A stretch of DNA of 36,841 bases from Nemertoderma westbladi (taxonomy: Eukaryota > Animalia > Xenacoelomorpha). Every line of letters starts with the position of its first letter. The stretch's first letter is position 1. The stretch lies in NCBI GenBank assembly GCA_032718475.1, contig JAUCBJ010007213.1, positions 1 to 36,841 of the forward strand, written 5' to 3'. Positions 1-13,400 of this stretch are shown piece by piece. Made by a program: the position numbers and the translations under genes. The notes under the pieces were generated by a model. The model worked only from the letters and a program-made list of their open reading frames with translations, did no database searches and was not told the origin of the DNA.

Positions 1-46
1 CACACTCTTTAATGGTATTGATAAACAAATAAATGTAAATGATAGT

Positions 47-508
47 ATGGCCACCCTTGTTGGAAGCATAACAACAATACTGGACAAACTGGCACCTGTT
101 CAAGAACCCGGGATCAAAGCAAAAAGGAAACCGTTGGTTGATGCTGTAGTCATTAGCCACATTGTTGAGTGCAATAAAGCCTCACAGAAACTCCATCAAT
201 GCCCTTCATGTGAAAACGAAATAAGCTATAAGCACTGTCGAAACACAGCAACTATTGCCATCAGGAGAAAGATATTGGTCCATTTTCTTTCATAAAGTCA
301 AAAATAATAGCATTTGGACACGATACCTAGAAACTATGGAAATCTCTCAAAACAAATTGAACAACCAACTAAAAGGCAGGCAGGTGGTCACTTGTACCGT
401 CATGTACAGGCCCACCTAATCGATGGAGAAATTTGCCATGACCTTTTTGACGTGTGCAATGGCTACAACAAGTATTTTAGCAGTATAGCTAATGATCTGG
501 TACTGTAG
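47..508 (+). mobile_element. Degenerate L2/CR1-group LINE ORF2 fragment (EN-RT linker region)
   Basis: Peptides LDKLAPV and DGEICHD..VCNGYNKYFSSIANDL align by eye with LDTVAPI and [24 protein letters not shown] of the intact LINE at 10414-13911; broken by stops. Confidence 0.65.
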
Positions 509-1144
509 ACCAGCTTGTATCACCCAAGTGGGTGATACAGTACAATATTGAAGTTGTTCAAGAATAGGCCTATATAAATATGGGTGTAGTGAAACACATT
601 TGTGATGAAGCTACTGTAGTAACATCAACGCAGTTCTTACTCTGACTATCCAGTATCCATCCCATTTCTCATAATCAAACCCTCGACTGGGACTTCACCT
701 CAGCAGGACCCCCTGATCGAGCGAGGACTGGTGGTACGAGCGATATGTGTAACACTGAGGTACGGGCATTGCCGGTAGATGATAGCAAGGTTAAGTCATT
801 AAAGCAGGTTTCGATCCCGACAGTGACAGAATAGGATCTGCTTACAGAGTTGAGTAAAATTACATACAGCATTGGTTAATACTGTACTTAAAATCTCAAT
901 ATATTCAATATTATAACAATGGACGTCTATTGCTACTACAGTATAGGCCTACTACTGTACATTCTATTGCTATTATATTGAATACAATGGTATTTTAAGT
1001 ATTAGCCAATGCTATAATTTTCCTCAACTAAATTCAGATGAGTTTCTGTGTACTTTAACATCATATATGTTATATGCTATGCATCACCTTTTAATAAGAC
1101 AATTATATATTTGCAATACTGTAGGTACCGGAATATAATATAGT

Positions 1145-1275
1145 GATAGATAGATATATTAATACTTAACGTCAAATAATAACAAATACAGCAAACAATG
1201 TATAGGTATATTGGTATTGTCCAACATAATATAGGTTTACCTCTAAAGCTTTGCAGCTTATTTCCAAGGGGGTCC
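1145..1275 (-). mobile_element. 3'-terminal fragment of the same LINE family as 10084-14061
   Basis: Close match to 10084-10222, including taaagctttgcagcttatttccaagggggtcc and the (TCTA)n tail. Confidence 0.85.
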
Positions 1276-3032
1276 TGGTTTTTGGTTTTTTATCTAGATT
1301 GACTGGACACATGTACAGTAGGCCCTACTTAAGATATCTGATGTAGGTCACTCTGGATTATAATTATTATATTATTATTATAATGAAACAGGTTATATAA
1401 ACCTTGTTTGTATATATATTTGTTTGTCAAAAAGTGTTTTCCAACAAAAGAAATTGGAAACAATTGGAAATAAAAGTGGCGGTAAAAATGTGTTGGTTGA
1501 CATGCGTCTCGGTATTTATACCTGTACAGTATCTTGGCGAAACTGATCAATAATTTCTACACAATTCATATAGATACAAAGAATAGATAACTGTTTATTA
1601 TTATTATTATTATTAAATAGTGATTTTTCACAAACAATTATCTATTTATAATAGACGATTATCAATCTGTTATTTAGATATTTTAATTCCGATAAATTTA
1701 CTCTCTTGCATACAGTAGTGTAATGTATCACCACTGTATACTGTATCTAGGCCTACGTTGCAATAACTAATTAAAGTCAGTGTCTTCTGTCATGAATATT
1801 GGGAGATTCCTGGGAGAGGTTTGAATTCAAACCACACCTCTCCCTGTTATCTTATAAAGCCAAAACTTAATGATGTAAAAATCAATAATTAAAATTAATT
1901 AAATGCTGAAGATAATATATACGCGACATTTAAACATATTTTATAAGATAATTTAACCGACAATCACCATTTGGACACCAAAAAAAGAATAGAACATCAA
2001 GTAGGCTTTTATTATATTGACTACAGTAGGTATACTACAGTATTACCCCAACCACCACTGTGCTTTGTAAAATATAATATTTAATTAACAAACAGTTATT
2101 AAAATGTAGTCTTGTGTCTCAGTTTAAATCGCCTTTCGACAAAATTTGTTTTGAAAATTAATTCCTTCGTTTTATTTCCTATAAACAAATTTTACAAAAT
2201 TCAAAGACCAAACGAATTTTTTCACTCATTGAAAGCTAAACATTTAAAATCAAGCTGGGTAAACAAAGCTTTGAGTACGGATTGCATTAGACTCAACTCA
2301 TAGTACAATGAGGTACATGTACATTCGTTGATAATTTTTAATTTTAATGCGGCAATATTTTAATGTTTACCAATGCTTTTACAGTACAGTATGCGCACAA
2401 ATTTTGTTTGTTTTGATTGAGATTTCACATACTACAGTAGGCCTTCTATTGTTTTTGTCAAGGTTTTGGTTTGGAATTGAACACTTTTAAGGAAACACTA
2501 GCTTGTCTATGAGAGGTAACGTACGGATTTGTGTGAAAACATTATAATTATTTTACTACTTCATTTGTGAGTTTAGCGAATTGTGCAACTTTGCGTTGAT
2601 CAGTTTAGGATTACCACAAAGCTGTTTTTAATGTTACATTAATATTCATATCTGTCCTAGTACTGCACAATGCACATTTGGTGGTATCAAAGGGTAAATA
2701 AGTAAAACTCAACTATAATTTTGCGGACGAATTTAAAAATTTGTGTGTGATTATGAAAGGTAAAGAACGGATTATCGTGCTAGCATGCAATCGTTTAATT
2801 AAGATACTGCCTATTATTCATTGAAAATATAATAAAAACAACACGAAATCAAAGTCAACAAACAAAAGAAACGGTTAATTTCAATAGCTTCATGATTTTA
2901 TTAATACCACCTTGTAGACCAGGCGCCCGTGGCTAATCACTTGTCATTGCTGAATGGCGTTGTATAATTTATTTTGTATTGTTGGTACGTTAGTAGTCGC
3001 TGTACATTATGGTAAAGTTCTTCAAGTTTTCT

Positions 3033-3365
3033 GAGCCACATTTGTACATTTATTTGAGTCACATTTGTACATTGAGTCACATTTGTCCTTTTTTTTTGAG
3101 TCACATTTGTACATTTTTTGAGTCACAATTGTACATTTTTTTGAGTCACATTTGTACATTTTTTTGAGTCACACTTTTACATTGTTTTGAGTCACATTTT
3201 ATCTTTTTTTTGAGTCAAATTTGTACATTTTTTTGAGTCACATTTGTACACTTTTTTGAATCACATTTGTACATTTTTTTGAGTCACATTTGTACATTTT
3301 TTGAGTCACATTTGTACATTTTTTTGAGTCACATTTGTAAATTTTTTGGGTCACATTTGTACTTT
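3033..3365. repeat. ~21-23-bp minisatellite (tgagtcacatttgtacattttt), ~14 copies
   Basis: Direct tandem copies with a variable poly-T tract; most carry TGAGTCA. Confidence 0.95.
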
Positions 3366-3458
3366 TGTTCACATTTTAGGGTCGGCTTGAGAATTTAGAA
3401 TGACTAACTGAAACTACTATAGTTTGTTACACAAGATGACCCTTCTTGATAAATATGC

Positions 3459-3993
3459 TTTATTCCAAAATTGTAACATTACTCAACGCCGTTAGTGTTG
3501 ACAGCGAGTTGTTATTTAGCACTTTGCAACAATAGAGGACATTACAGCATTGTATTGAACTGTACATTTAGTATTGTATTTGGTGTCATTGTTTACGTGG
3601 TAACCCATGTTAAGTAATGCGGCAAGTAATGTCCACTACGGGGACATTACTTAATGCCGTCATTGGATACTACGTAATCAATAGGTGGAAATTTGCCTGA
3701 CAGCAAGATAGGCCTACTGCATTACCTACCGGTAGTCGGGGTATAGCTATTAATAACCAGTAGGACCATAAATATAAGCTAACTTACTTATAACATAATT
3801 TATGTCATTTTTACATTTATAATTTGTGCAGTTTCTTTCACTTATAATCTATATGTACAATCATTTCGTAATGTTAAAATTTTGAAATATAAAACTACAT
3901 ACATACTTGTTGCAAAGTACTTTATACTGTGTTCTGATCCTCGCGGCTTTATTTTCACTCACTCACTAACGTTCGTTCGTGTAACAAAGCCAC
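3459..3993 (+). repeat. Diverged duplicated segment, copy 1 (paralog of 20431-21038)
   Basis: Collinear shared blocks, e.g. ttattccaaaatt.taacattactcaacgccgttagt, acatacatacttgttgcaaagtacttt, cgttcgtgtaa.aaagcca. Confidence 0.9.
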
Positions 3994-4996
3994 TAGACAG
4001 ACTGAACTGCTGGGCAATGAAGGACAAGTAAAATTACACATCGATGTTATTTCTATGGATATGTGGGGTGGGTTACGGAATCTTGAAACATTTTCCAATA
4101 TTTATTTTTTTCAGTACGATATTGTTGATATCCATAAACTAGGCCCTACGATAAATTTCGACGTATAATACTTCTAAATTAGATATAAATTCACAATTTT
4201 CTTAAATTTGAGTTCAGGATGATAATTTTCTGGAATGAGCCAATACTCAAAAATACCCCCAACCCAACCTACGCCACACCGTACCAACCATCTTTCTCTC
4301 TGGTCATCATGTAGGTGACGCTAAACTATCATTGATACTGCCACATCTACATTGTGCACAAATAAAAAAATATATTACGCCTCACTAACCAATCGGTGGA
4401 GGTTATTCATCATGATTAGTTAAGCATTGTTAAATTGCTAAAATGAAAAATTCGAATAAAGTTTATTTACATGGCTACCAGATTAACTTCGCAAATAATT
4501 TAAGTCTGAAATCCAATTTTAAAGACTTATAGCTGTGCAAGAATTATATCAAATATTAAAATCCTCTTATATTCGCATAATATATTAAATTTTGTTATTT
4601 TTCACTATCATTTGTTTCGGTTAAACATTAAGAGTTTAGTTGCCCGAATTAATTTACCATATTGTAGCACAATGGGTAGGCCTAATGCATATCAGCGTAC
4701 GCCTTCTTAATAATTCTGTTGAAATTTTTCATAATTATATCTGTGTGGGAGTCAAGGTAAGTTCATTACTAACACATTTTTAATTAGGGGAGTGGACGTG
4801 GCTTGATACCACCACCACACCCAACCTCCCCCCCACATCCTCTATTCACAAGACAACGCACCACACACACGCTCACCAAATCATTAAGATTCTAATGGTT
4901 TTTTTCACAGATTTTGAAAATAACTGATTGTCCTTGTCACTGCAACCTTTACCACTACCCTAATGTGTCCAGTACTTATGGGCAAGTTGATTATTG

Positions 4997-5324
4997 TTAT
5001 GGATAGAGACCAATGTGCAGGAAGTACAGAATGACAATAATTGTTAGAACTCCACATTCGAATTCTTGAATATGAGCCCTGCTAGAAATGGTTTTATTCT
5101 GATCAATGGTGGCCACATCGTGAGGATTCGTCTTCGCAGCTTCGTTATCTGTTGTCGCACCGTCATCCTCTATTATCACACCATCGCCCTCTGTTGTTGC
5201 ATCCTTGTCCGCTGTTGTTAAACCTTGATCATCTGTTTCGGTACCCTGGTCCTTTGCATCTGTGGTTGCAGGTATTCCTGTGAACACGGGATGTTTGTCC
5301 CAGTCAACTCGAAACATTAAAACT
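4997..5324 (-). CDS. Probable terminal exon: Thr/Asp-rich stalk plus C-terminal hydrophobic tail (GPI-signal or TM-like)
   Basis: Open frame ...TTDAKDQGTETDD...SSRAHIQEFECGVLTIIVILYFLHIGLYP*; acceptor-like ctttagag at 5330-5323; higher GC than flanks. Confidence 0.6.
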
Positions 5325-5519
5325 CTAAAGATTATTTTTAAGTTTCAAATTAAGTAGGCCTACATATTCCAAAATCGCCGTCTTTTACATGGCGTTACTT
5401 TTTATCTTGATCATAAGATAAATCCTTTACAAGTTATACAGTGCAGCTGTATTATGAATATACATCGGTAAATGTACAGTAACTAAATTGATAATTCTCA
5501 TCTATAAAATATAATAGAT

Positions 5520-8500
5520 ACCCCCCCCCACCAAGTGCCAGTGCGTCCACCAATTTCGCCCATGCTCTGGATGCAAACCATCCAATGGCGGCCGTTGCGG
5601 GACCCCAACAACTTTCCAACATCGGCTTCCATCACCGATTCGAGGGACATCGACCCGAATCTCAAGGACCTAACTCCAACAGCCCACCTGTGTCCCGCCA
5701 GAGAGAGATAAGTGTTGGACTCCGATTCGTTTGTGAGTGCACTCTCATACAATGCGATTGGCGTGATCACCCAGATACTGGTACTCCGTCCAGGCGAGAC
5801 CAACACCAACACCAGAACAGAAACGAGCGCTGTAGGACCACCGGACTCCTTGACTGAAAATCCGGGTCCAGCAGCACCTTCCTCCCTCCTCCCATCGTGG
5901 CCAACAACAACAAACCGCATGGAGGTGGATGCCACCTTCGACGGGCCATGGCTTACTGCTCCCGGGTTGTTGACAGATCCAGACTGGGAGGACCACCACA
6001 CCCGCCTCACCTGTGTAGTTTGCTGCCAGTACACCATGCCAGGTGGCAACATTGGGCGCAAGGTTGCAGATGTGCTCGCAAATGAGGAGGAGAAGCTGAC
6101 CGAGAGGGTTTACCCCTCGGATAGAGCCCTCGTTTTCATTGCCTCCATGTTCCAGTGGGACCCCGACATGGTAAAGGGGGTGGACATCCGGCGGACCATC
6201 CTGCACCCGCTCGGTTTGTGGGGATGGGAGGAGTTCTGTCAGCTCATAGATGAGGCGGAGCACTGCTGCGCGAGGTTCGCAAACTCTTTCGGCTCAGCCC
6301 TTGCAAACACGGCCAGGACCTATATCAGGAAGATCGTGGCCGGACAGAAGTTGTTCACAGTTCACCTCGTAATGGACCAAGACAGCAGCGGAGGATTGGA
6401 CCCTGAACCCCAAGCTGAAGGGCAGCTGGTGGGAGTTACAATTCGCGACATCCTCTCCTTGAAACACCCATCTCAGCAGGACGTCTTGCCAGATGCGTTT
6501 GACCCGTGCCCCCCTTCAAGGTAGTGGACATTAATGGGCAAATCGTCTTAAAGGTTGCGTGGTACCTTAATGGTAGCGCCGGGCCCATCGGTGGTGATGC
6601 CAAACTGTGGAGCACTATCCTTACCCACTATGAGGCGCACAGCTCCCTCGTCTGCGAGGCCATTGCCGAGTTGGCTCGATGCCTCACCTACTCGGTGGTC
6701 CCCTGGGCCGAGATCTGGGCGCTCCAAGCGTGTTGCCTCATCGCAATAGACAAGGAGCCCGGCATCAGGCTGATCGGGATCAACCTGATGATAATGATGC
6801 TGATCGGGATCTGGCTCCTCACGAATTGCCTCACCTCGGCCACCAAGATGGACTATATAACCGAGTGTGGGGTAGACAAACTTTGTGCTGGAGTGAAGGC
6901 TGGGAGTGAAGGTACAGGACACGCACGCGATGTCGGTGATGTTCGAGCAACCCTCCACTGATTGTATGCTACTCGTCTATGCTGCCACCCCCTTCAACAG
7001 TCTGAGTCAGCGTTGTGGAATGCGCACTTTCACTGGTACCGATATAATGTGTATAATGGCCATGCAGCCCTCTACCTACAGGGGTCTAGCAACCAATGTG
7101 GAGTAGGGAGGTCTATAAGCAGGGTGACTGGGCTACAGCTGTGGGTCTCTCCCCATGGTCCACTCTCTGTCAGTAACACACCACTGATACACCCTAGCTA
7201 TCCACACCTGGCAACCCACCACCCAGCAAACCACCACCTGGCAACCCATCTCCTGGCAACCCGCTGTCTGGCAACCCGCCATTCAGACTCAGAGACCTGC
7301 CATCCGGCATCCCGACATCCTGCGATCGGCCACCTGGTGACCAGCCACCCAGAGACCCGTCAGATGGCGACCCACCAGATGGTAATCTGGTGACCCGCAA
7401 TCAGGTGACCCACCACCCGGCAATACGCTACCTAGCGACCTACCATCTGGCACCCAGCCATCCCACAACCCACCACCCAGCGATCCAACACAATGCGACC
7501 CACAAACAGGCGATCCGCCACCCTGCGACCCGCTACCTGATGACCCGCCTTCCAGCAACCTGCCACCCAGCGACCCACCATCTGATGACCCGCCTCCACA
7601 TGAACCGCCACCGTGTGGCTCACCATCCAACGACCTGCCATCAGGAAGTACCACATGGTGGCAAATGCAGTGCTGGTATGTAGATGATGCTTCATCAGCT
7701 GGATCCATCACTGGTGTGTGGGAATTGTCAATGGTGTGTGGGCAGCCCCCTCAACGTCGCTGACCACACTGCCCATCTCACCTCCGCATTGGCTGTGAGT
7801 TGCATCGCCCAGGATGCTGCCTATAAGTCGGCGATAGAGTCCACAGTCCATTCCGTCCCTACCAAAATGTGCCGTACAGTGGACCATATGGTGGCACACA
7901 AGAGGGGTGGGTGGCTGTTGGCTCAGCATTCCGTGCTCGATAACACCAACATTGCCCCGCAGGTGTTCTGCGACAACCTTGCGCTGCGATACGGCCTCAC
8001 GCCACCCAGCCTCCCGGCGAAGTGCGAGGGGTGTGGGGAGTCGTTTATGACAACCCAGAACTGCACGTTGGGGGGCTTGATAAGGCGGCATGATGAGGCA
8101 CGTGAGGTCTTTGGGGACCTCATTGCCTCTGCATTTGTGGGCGCATGCTTCCAGCTTGAGACTAACCTAGTGTCCTACGCGATGTGGGGAGAGTTAGGGC
8201 GGTCTCCTCGCAAGGAGAGTCTGGACCAAGCAGAGGGTGGCGTCTTTCGATATTGCGATCATAAACGCTGCCCTCCCCTCATATGTTCAGCAGGACTCTG
8301 TCCTCCAACAGAGAGTCCGAGCCAAGAAGGTGCATTACATCGTGGTGTGCAAAGATAGAAGGTTCTTCTTCACCCCCCTTGTTGGAACCACCGACAGTGT
8401 GTGGTGCAAGGATACTGAGGATACTGATACTGATATGTGAGGATGTGTGGTGCAAGCATTCTCAATGGAGTTCGTAGGCGGCTGCCATTCGAGCCCCTGC

Positions 8501-8620
8501 GCTCAAACTCCCTTTTTCTGCATGGTGGCCGGCGACCATGGAGGGCGCTGGGCATTGGGGATGGAGCGGATCTGTTTGGCAATGACCTCGCAGACCGATA
8601 TTAATCGCTGGTGCACCATT
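5520..8620 (+). mobile_element. Degenerate CRE-like (restriction-like endonuclease) non-LTR retrotransposon
   Basis: Frameshifted motifs GSAGPIGGDA, CLIAIDKEPGIRLIGI, LCAGVKAGSEG, LLVYAATPFNSL (RT N-terminal motifs); GGWL..FCDNLALRYG..CEGCG..C..GGLIRRHD (Zn knuckle); FDIAIIN..KKVHY..FTPLV (RLE). The RT core is missing. Confidence 0.8.
7190..7650. repeat. Degenerate 15-bp GC-rich minisatellite (ccacctggcaaccca / ccacccagcgacccg)
   Basis: 15-nt periodicity gives HPATH/HLATR pentapeptides on + and GGGLP-type repeats on -. Confidence 0.8.
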
Positions 8621-8675
8621 ATAAATATATTTTTATAACTTTTTTGTTGGGCACAGATTTTGCAAAGACGGCAAT

Positions 8676-8748
8676 GTCGTCCAGGTGGGATCGAACAGGT
8701 GACCTCCGGGTTGGAAGACTGACGCTCTAACCATTCAGCTAGGGGCTC
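8676..8748 (-). mobile_element. tRNA-derived SINE head or tRNA pseudogene
   Basis: Minus strand GCCCC-TAGCTGAATGG-TTAGAGC...GGTCACCT-GTTCGATCC: Pol III A and B boxes at tRNA-like spacing; stems imperfect. Confidence 0.7.
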
Positions 8749-9042
8749 AGGTAAAAAAATAGACCTGGAAATCCAATAATTCACCAATAATAAATTATAA
8801 ATATAAATATTTATATTTTTTATTGTATTGTTCTGATTTGTGATGGGAAGTTGGTGCAGTTTTATATTTTGTTCATATCCTATTAGCTTTATTGTATTAT
8901 TATATATATTAATAATTTTTTTAATAATAAATAACCAAATTAATTCTCATGTATTTATATAAATTTATGTAAATTTATCTTTATAGATTTAATGTATATA
9001 AATTTTTAAATATAGAAATAAAATTATATGTGATAATCATAC

Positions 9043-10083
9043 CTTGCGATTCTGTTTGTGGTTGTGTTCTCTCATCGCTTATTGTGGTGGTGCCTTTCGA
9101 TACTTTTTGTGGTTGCATTGTCCCATCACTAATTGTTGTGGTGCCTTGTGATACTGTTTGTGGTTGCGTTCTCCCATCGCTTATTGTGGTGGTGCCTTTC
9201 GATTCTTTTTGTGGTTGCATTGTCCTATCACTAACTGTTGTGGTGCCTTGCGATTCTGTTTGTGGTTGCGTTGTCCCATCGCTTATTGTGGTGGTGCCTT
9301 TCGATACTTTTTGTGGTTGCATTGTCCCATCACTAACTGTTGTGGTGCCTTGCGATTCTGTTTGTGGTTGCGTTCTCCCATCGCTTATTGTGGTGGTGCC
9401 TTTCGACCCTTTTTGTGGTTGAGTTGTCCCATCGCTTATTGTGGTGGTGCCTTTCGATACTTTTTGTGGTTGCATTGTCCCATCACTAACTGTTGTGGTG
9501 CCTTGCGATTCTGTTTGTGGTTGCGTTCTCCCATCGCTTATTGTGGTGGTGCCTTTCGATACTTTTTGTGGTTGCATTGTCCCATCACTAACTGTTGTGG
9601 TGCCTTGCGATTCTGTTTGTGGTTGCATTCTCCCATCGCTTATTGTGGTGGTGCCTTTCGATACTTTTTGTGGTTGAGTTGTCCCATCGCTTATTGTGGT
9701 GGTGCCTTTCGATACTTTTTGTGGTTGCATTATCCCATCGCTTATTGTGGTGGTGCCTTTCGATACTTTTTGTGGTTGCATTGTCCCATCACTAACTGTT
9801 GTGGTGCCTTGCGATTCTGTTTGTGGTTGCGTTCTCCCATCGCTTATTGTGGTGGTGCCTTTCGATACTTTTTGTGGTTGAGTTGTCCCATCGCTTATTG
9901 TGGTGGTGCCTTTCGATACTTTTTGTGGTTGCATTGTCCCATCACTAACTGTTGTGGTGCCTTGCGATTCTGTTTGTGGTTGCGTTCTCCCATCGCTTAT
10001 TGTGGTGGTGCCTTTCGATACTTTTTGTGGTTGCGTTGTCCCATCGCTTATTGTGGTGGTGCCTTGCGATTCTGTTTGTGGTT
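9043..10083 (-). pseudogene. Distal half of the mucin-like repeat exon, disconnected by the LINE insertion
   Basis: ~23 units of 45 bp (TTTISDGTMQPQKVSKG / QTESQG variants), stop-free and in frame with 14062-15242 once the insert is removed; ends at donor-like CAAG|GTATGA (9043/9042). Confidence 0.85.
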
Positions 10084-10413
10084 AGATAGATAGATAGATT
10101 TATTTATACATTATGTAAAAACAATAACAAATACACCAAACAATGTACCGGTATAAAGGTATTGTCCAACATAACATATAGGATTACCCCTAAAGCTTTG
10201 CAGCTTATTTCCAAGGGGGTCCTTTATGTTACTTGGTTACAAATACAATATTACACTACGCTAACCTAAAACCAATATAAAACGTAATTACACTATGTAC
10301 ATGTACAACTTTACCGAGAGCGTGACAATGCCCGACTCAACGATAAAGATGTAATGTACAGAACAATTTATTATAAAACGTAATTACACTATAAATAGTA
10401 AATAATTAATAAA

Positions 10414-13400
10414 CTAATAACTTACTGTAGGACTATTGTACCTATTTTTACATTGCACACGGAGATGAGATTTAACTGCAGATTTAAAAGAATGTTGATT
10501 ATTTAGGTTTTTAATTTCATTAGGCAGAGCGTTCCAATTTTTTATGCCGTTAAAAAAGAAAGTATCAGATTCAAAGGATTTACAATTCGGGAGGTAGAAG
10601 TTTGAAGCACTAGCTCTGGTACTGTAAGAGTGTGTATCGCGTACTCTGTTGAATTTTTGTTTTAGGTAATTGGGACATTTACCATTATACACTTTATGCA
10701 CATGGTTAAGGCGTAGCTGCTTAACTCTACTATCTAAGTTAAGTAGTCCAGATTCAGAAAAGTCATCTGGAGTTAGGTGGTGCCTAGGTTTGTAGTCTTT
10801 AATAAATCGTACTACTTTATTCTGAGCTACTTGTAATTTACATTTAAGCTGTTTGGTTAAGCCTTCATACCAAGAAGAGCACGCATAGTCCATGTGACAC
10901 TGTATTAAAGAAGAGCAAAGTAACTTGCGGGAGTCGGTGTTCAAACTATTTTTATTTCTGTATAGAAACCTAAGCCTACTGTTAACTTTCGAGAAAATAT
11001 TTTTCACTGTACTTTCTCCTGATAAGCAGTTATCCAATGTGGCGCCTAAATATTTAACTTCCTTTTTATTTTCAATCTTATGTCCATTACTAGTGACTTC
11101 AAACTTAGTTACCTTCTTTAACTTTCTTTTGGAACCAAACAAAATACTTTCAGTTTTACCGTAGTGAATGGATAGCTTATTATCAACCAACCACTCATTA
11201 CAGGATTCTAGAACTGCACTTAACTTTTGGGAAATATGGATAGGATCTTTATGAGAGAAAATAAGAGCACTGTCGTCGGCATATAAAATGAGTTTAAAAT
11301 CGGGATCTATACTACTTATCATATCATTTACATAGCATACAAAAAGCAGAGGACCTAATATACTACCTTGCGGTACACCACAGGTAATCTCTTGTACAGT
11401 AGACTGCGATTTGCTAATGACTACAGTTTGACCTCTGTCTGACAGGTAGGACTTGAACCAGTCTATAGAACCTACACCCATCAGGCCTAACTTACCAAGC
11501 AGAATTTCGTGATCTACAGTATCGAAAGCCTTTTGTAGGTCCAACATTACCATACCAGTATATAAACCCTTTGCGTTATTACATCTAATTGTATCAGTTA
11601 AGTTAATAAGGCAGGTGTCTGTAGAATATGATTTACGAAAACCGGACTGAAGTTCATAGATCAGATTTAGCCTACTAAGATGTGCTTCCAGCTGTAGAAA
11701 AACAGAACGTTCTAGAATTTTAGATACAATACTTAAGATACTAACAGGTCTGTAATTACAGGGTTCTACTTTACTATTCTTTTTATACAGAGGAACAACC
11801 TTAGCTAATTTCAGTTCGTCTGGTACTACATTATCTACGATAGAGTAATTAATAATAAAAGTAATAGGCACTTTAAGTACTTCAGCACCATCCTTAAGAA
11901 AACGGGCAGGTATTAGATCTAGACCGGTACTTTTTGAGGCTGATAGGCTAAGTAGATTTTTAAAAACGAAATCCTCAGAAACGGGTTTTAAAAATAACTT
12001 TTCTGAATTTTGTAACTTTTCTAAATAAAAATTATTTAGAGTTTCGGACCCTATACTATATTTATTACTTGATAACGGTAATTTCTTAACTAAATTAGAG
12101 GCAACATTAGTAAAATAATTATTAAATAAATTACTAACTAGAGTATGATCATGAATCAGCTCACCGTTATCTTGCAGAACAATATTCGATTTAGATTTAA
12201 GGTTTTTATAACCTAAAGATTTTAGGGTAGACCATAGACTTTTTGGATTATCTTTATTCTCACTTATTTTGTTGTACAAATATTCAGATTTAGCTTTTTT
12301 TATTTCCCGTTGGACAAGGTTTCTATATTTGCAGTAATTATTATAATCAGCTAAAACACGGTATTTCCTAAATTTATACAAATAGTTATCTCTTTCTCTG
12401 ATATTACTAAGAATACCCGAGGTCATCCAGGGCTCAGTGCGTTGTTTAAGACTAATTTCTTTAATTGGTGCTACAGTATCAAGTGCCTTTAAAAATATAT
12501 CTTTAAAAACAGTGTACGCAAGGTTAATGTCAGCGGCCTTAAAACAGGGTTCCCAGTCAGAATTAACTAACAAACTTAAAAAGCGTTCCTTGCTGTAATT
12601 TTTCATAGACCTAACTGTTACTGTTTTATGATCCCCGAAAAAAGATTTTTGTGTCTTTCTTGTGCAAAAAACTATAAAATGATCGCTTAGACCTATAGGT
12701 AAAACCCCAGATTGAGAAATAATATCGGTATTATTACAAAGGATGTGATCTAGTAAAGTAGAAGTTTTACTGGTAATTCTGGTAGAATCTCGAATAATTT
12801 GTTTTAAACCAAACAAATTTAAAATACTTTGGTACTGTTTACAGATGGGGGATGCTTTGTGATGGTAACAGATATTAAAATCACCTAAGAAATATATTTC
12901 ACAGTCTGACCTAAGATTACATAAAATTGTATTTTCAAAATTTTGCAAAAAATCTGATTGTTTAGGGGGCCGATATAAAGTACCGATTAAAATAGGTTTA
13001 GTTTTAGGAAGTAAAAGTTCCACCAGTAAAACTTCGTCACAAGTCTCTAAATCTTCCCTACGATTAAAAGCTAAATCACATCGAATGTAAGTACAGACAC
13101 CACCACCGTGTCTGTCCCTATCCTTACGTAAAACTACGTAATTATCAATATAAATTTCTCCATCAGAAACACTATCATCGAGCCAAGTTTCAGAGATTGT
13201 TAAAACTGCTGGGTTGGATTTATTGATTAAAATACGAATTTCGGAAAGTTTTCGAAGCAGAGATCGTGCGTTTAAGTGCAAAAAATGCAGACCTTTTTTC
13301 TTAAAAAAATTAAAAGTTTCACTCTCAGCATCACTTGGAGTTTGCAGAGGCGATGTGAGAAATGAATCGTCGGTTTCTGATTCTAAAATTGTATCATGAA

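Noticed and set aside
675-872. 65-aa minus-strand ORF in a GC-richer patch
   Set aside because: No recognisable motif or convincing splice context.
5498-8582. Many overlapping ORFs on both strands, including His-Pro and Gly-rich ones
   Set aside because: By-products of GC-rich retrotransposon sequence and the 15-bp repeat.
8676-8748. Functional tRNA gene
   Set aside because: Acceptor and anticodon stems do not pair well; better explained as a SINE head or pseudogene.
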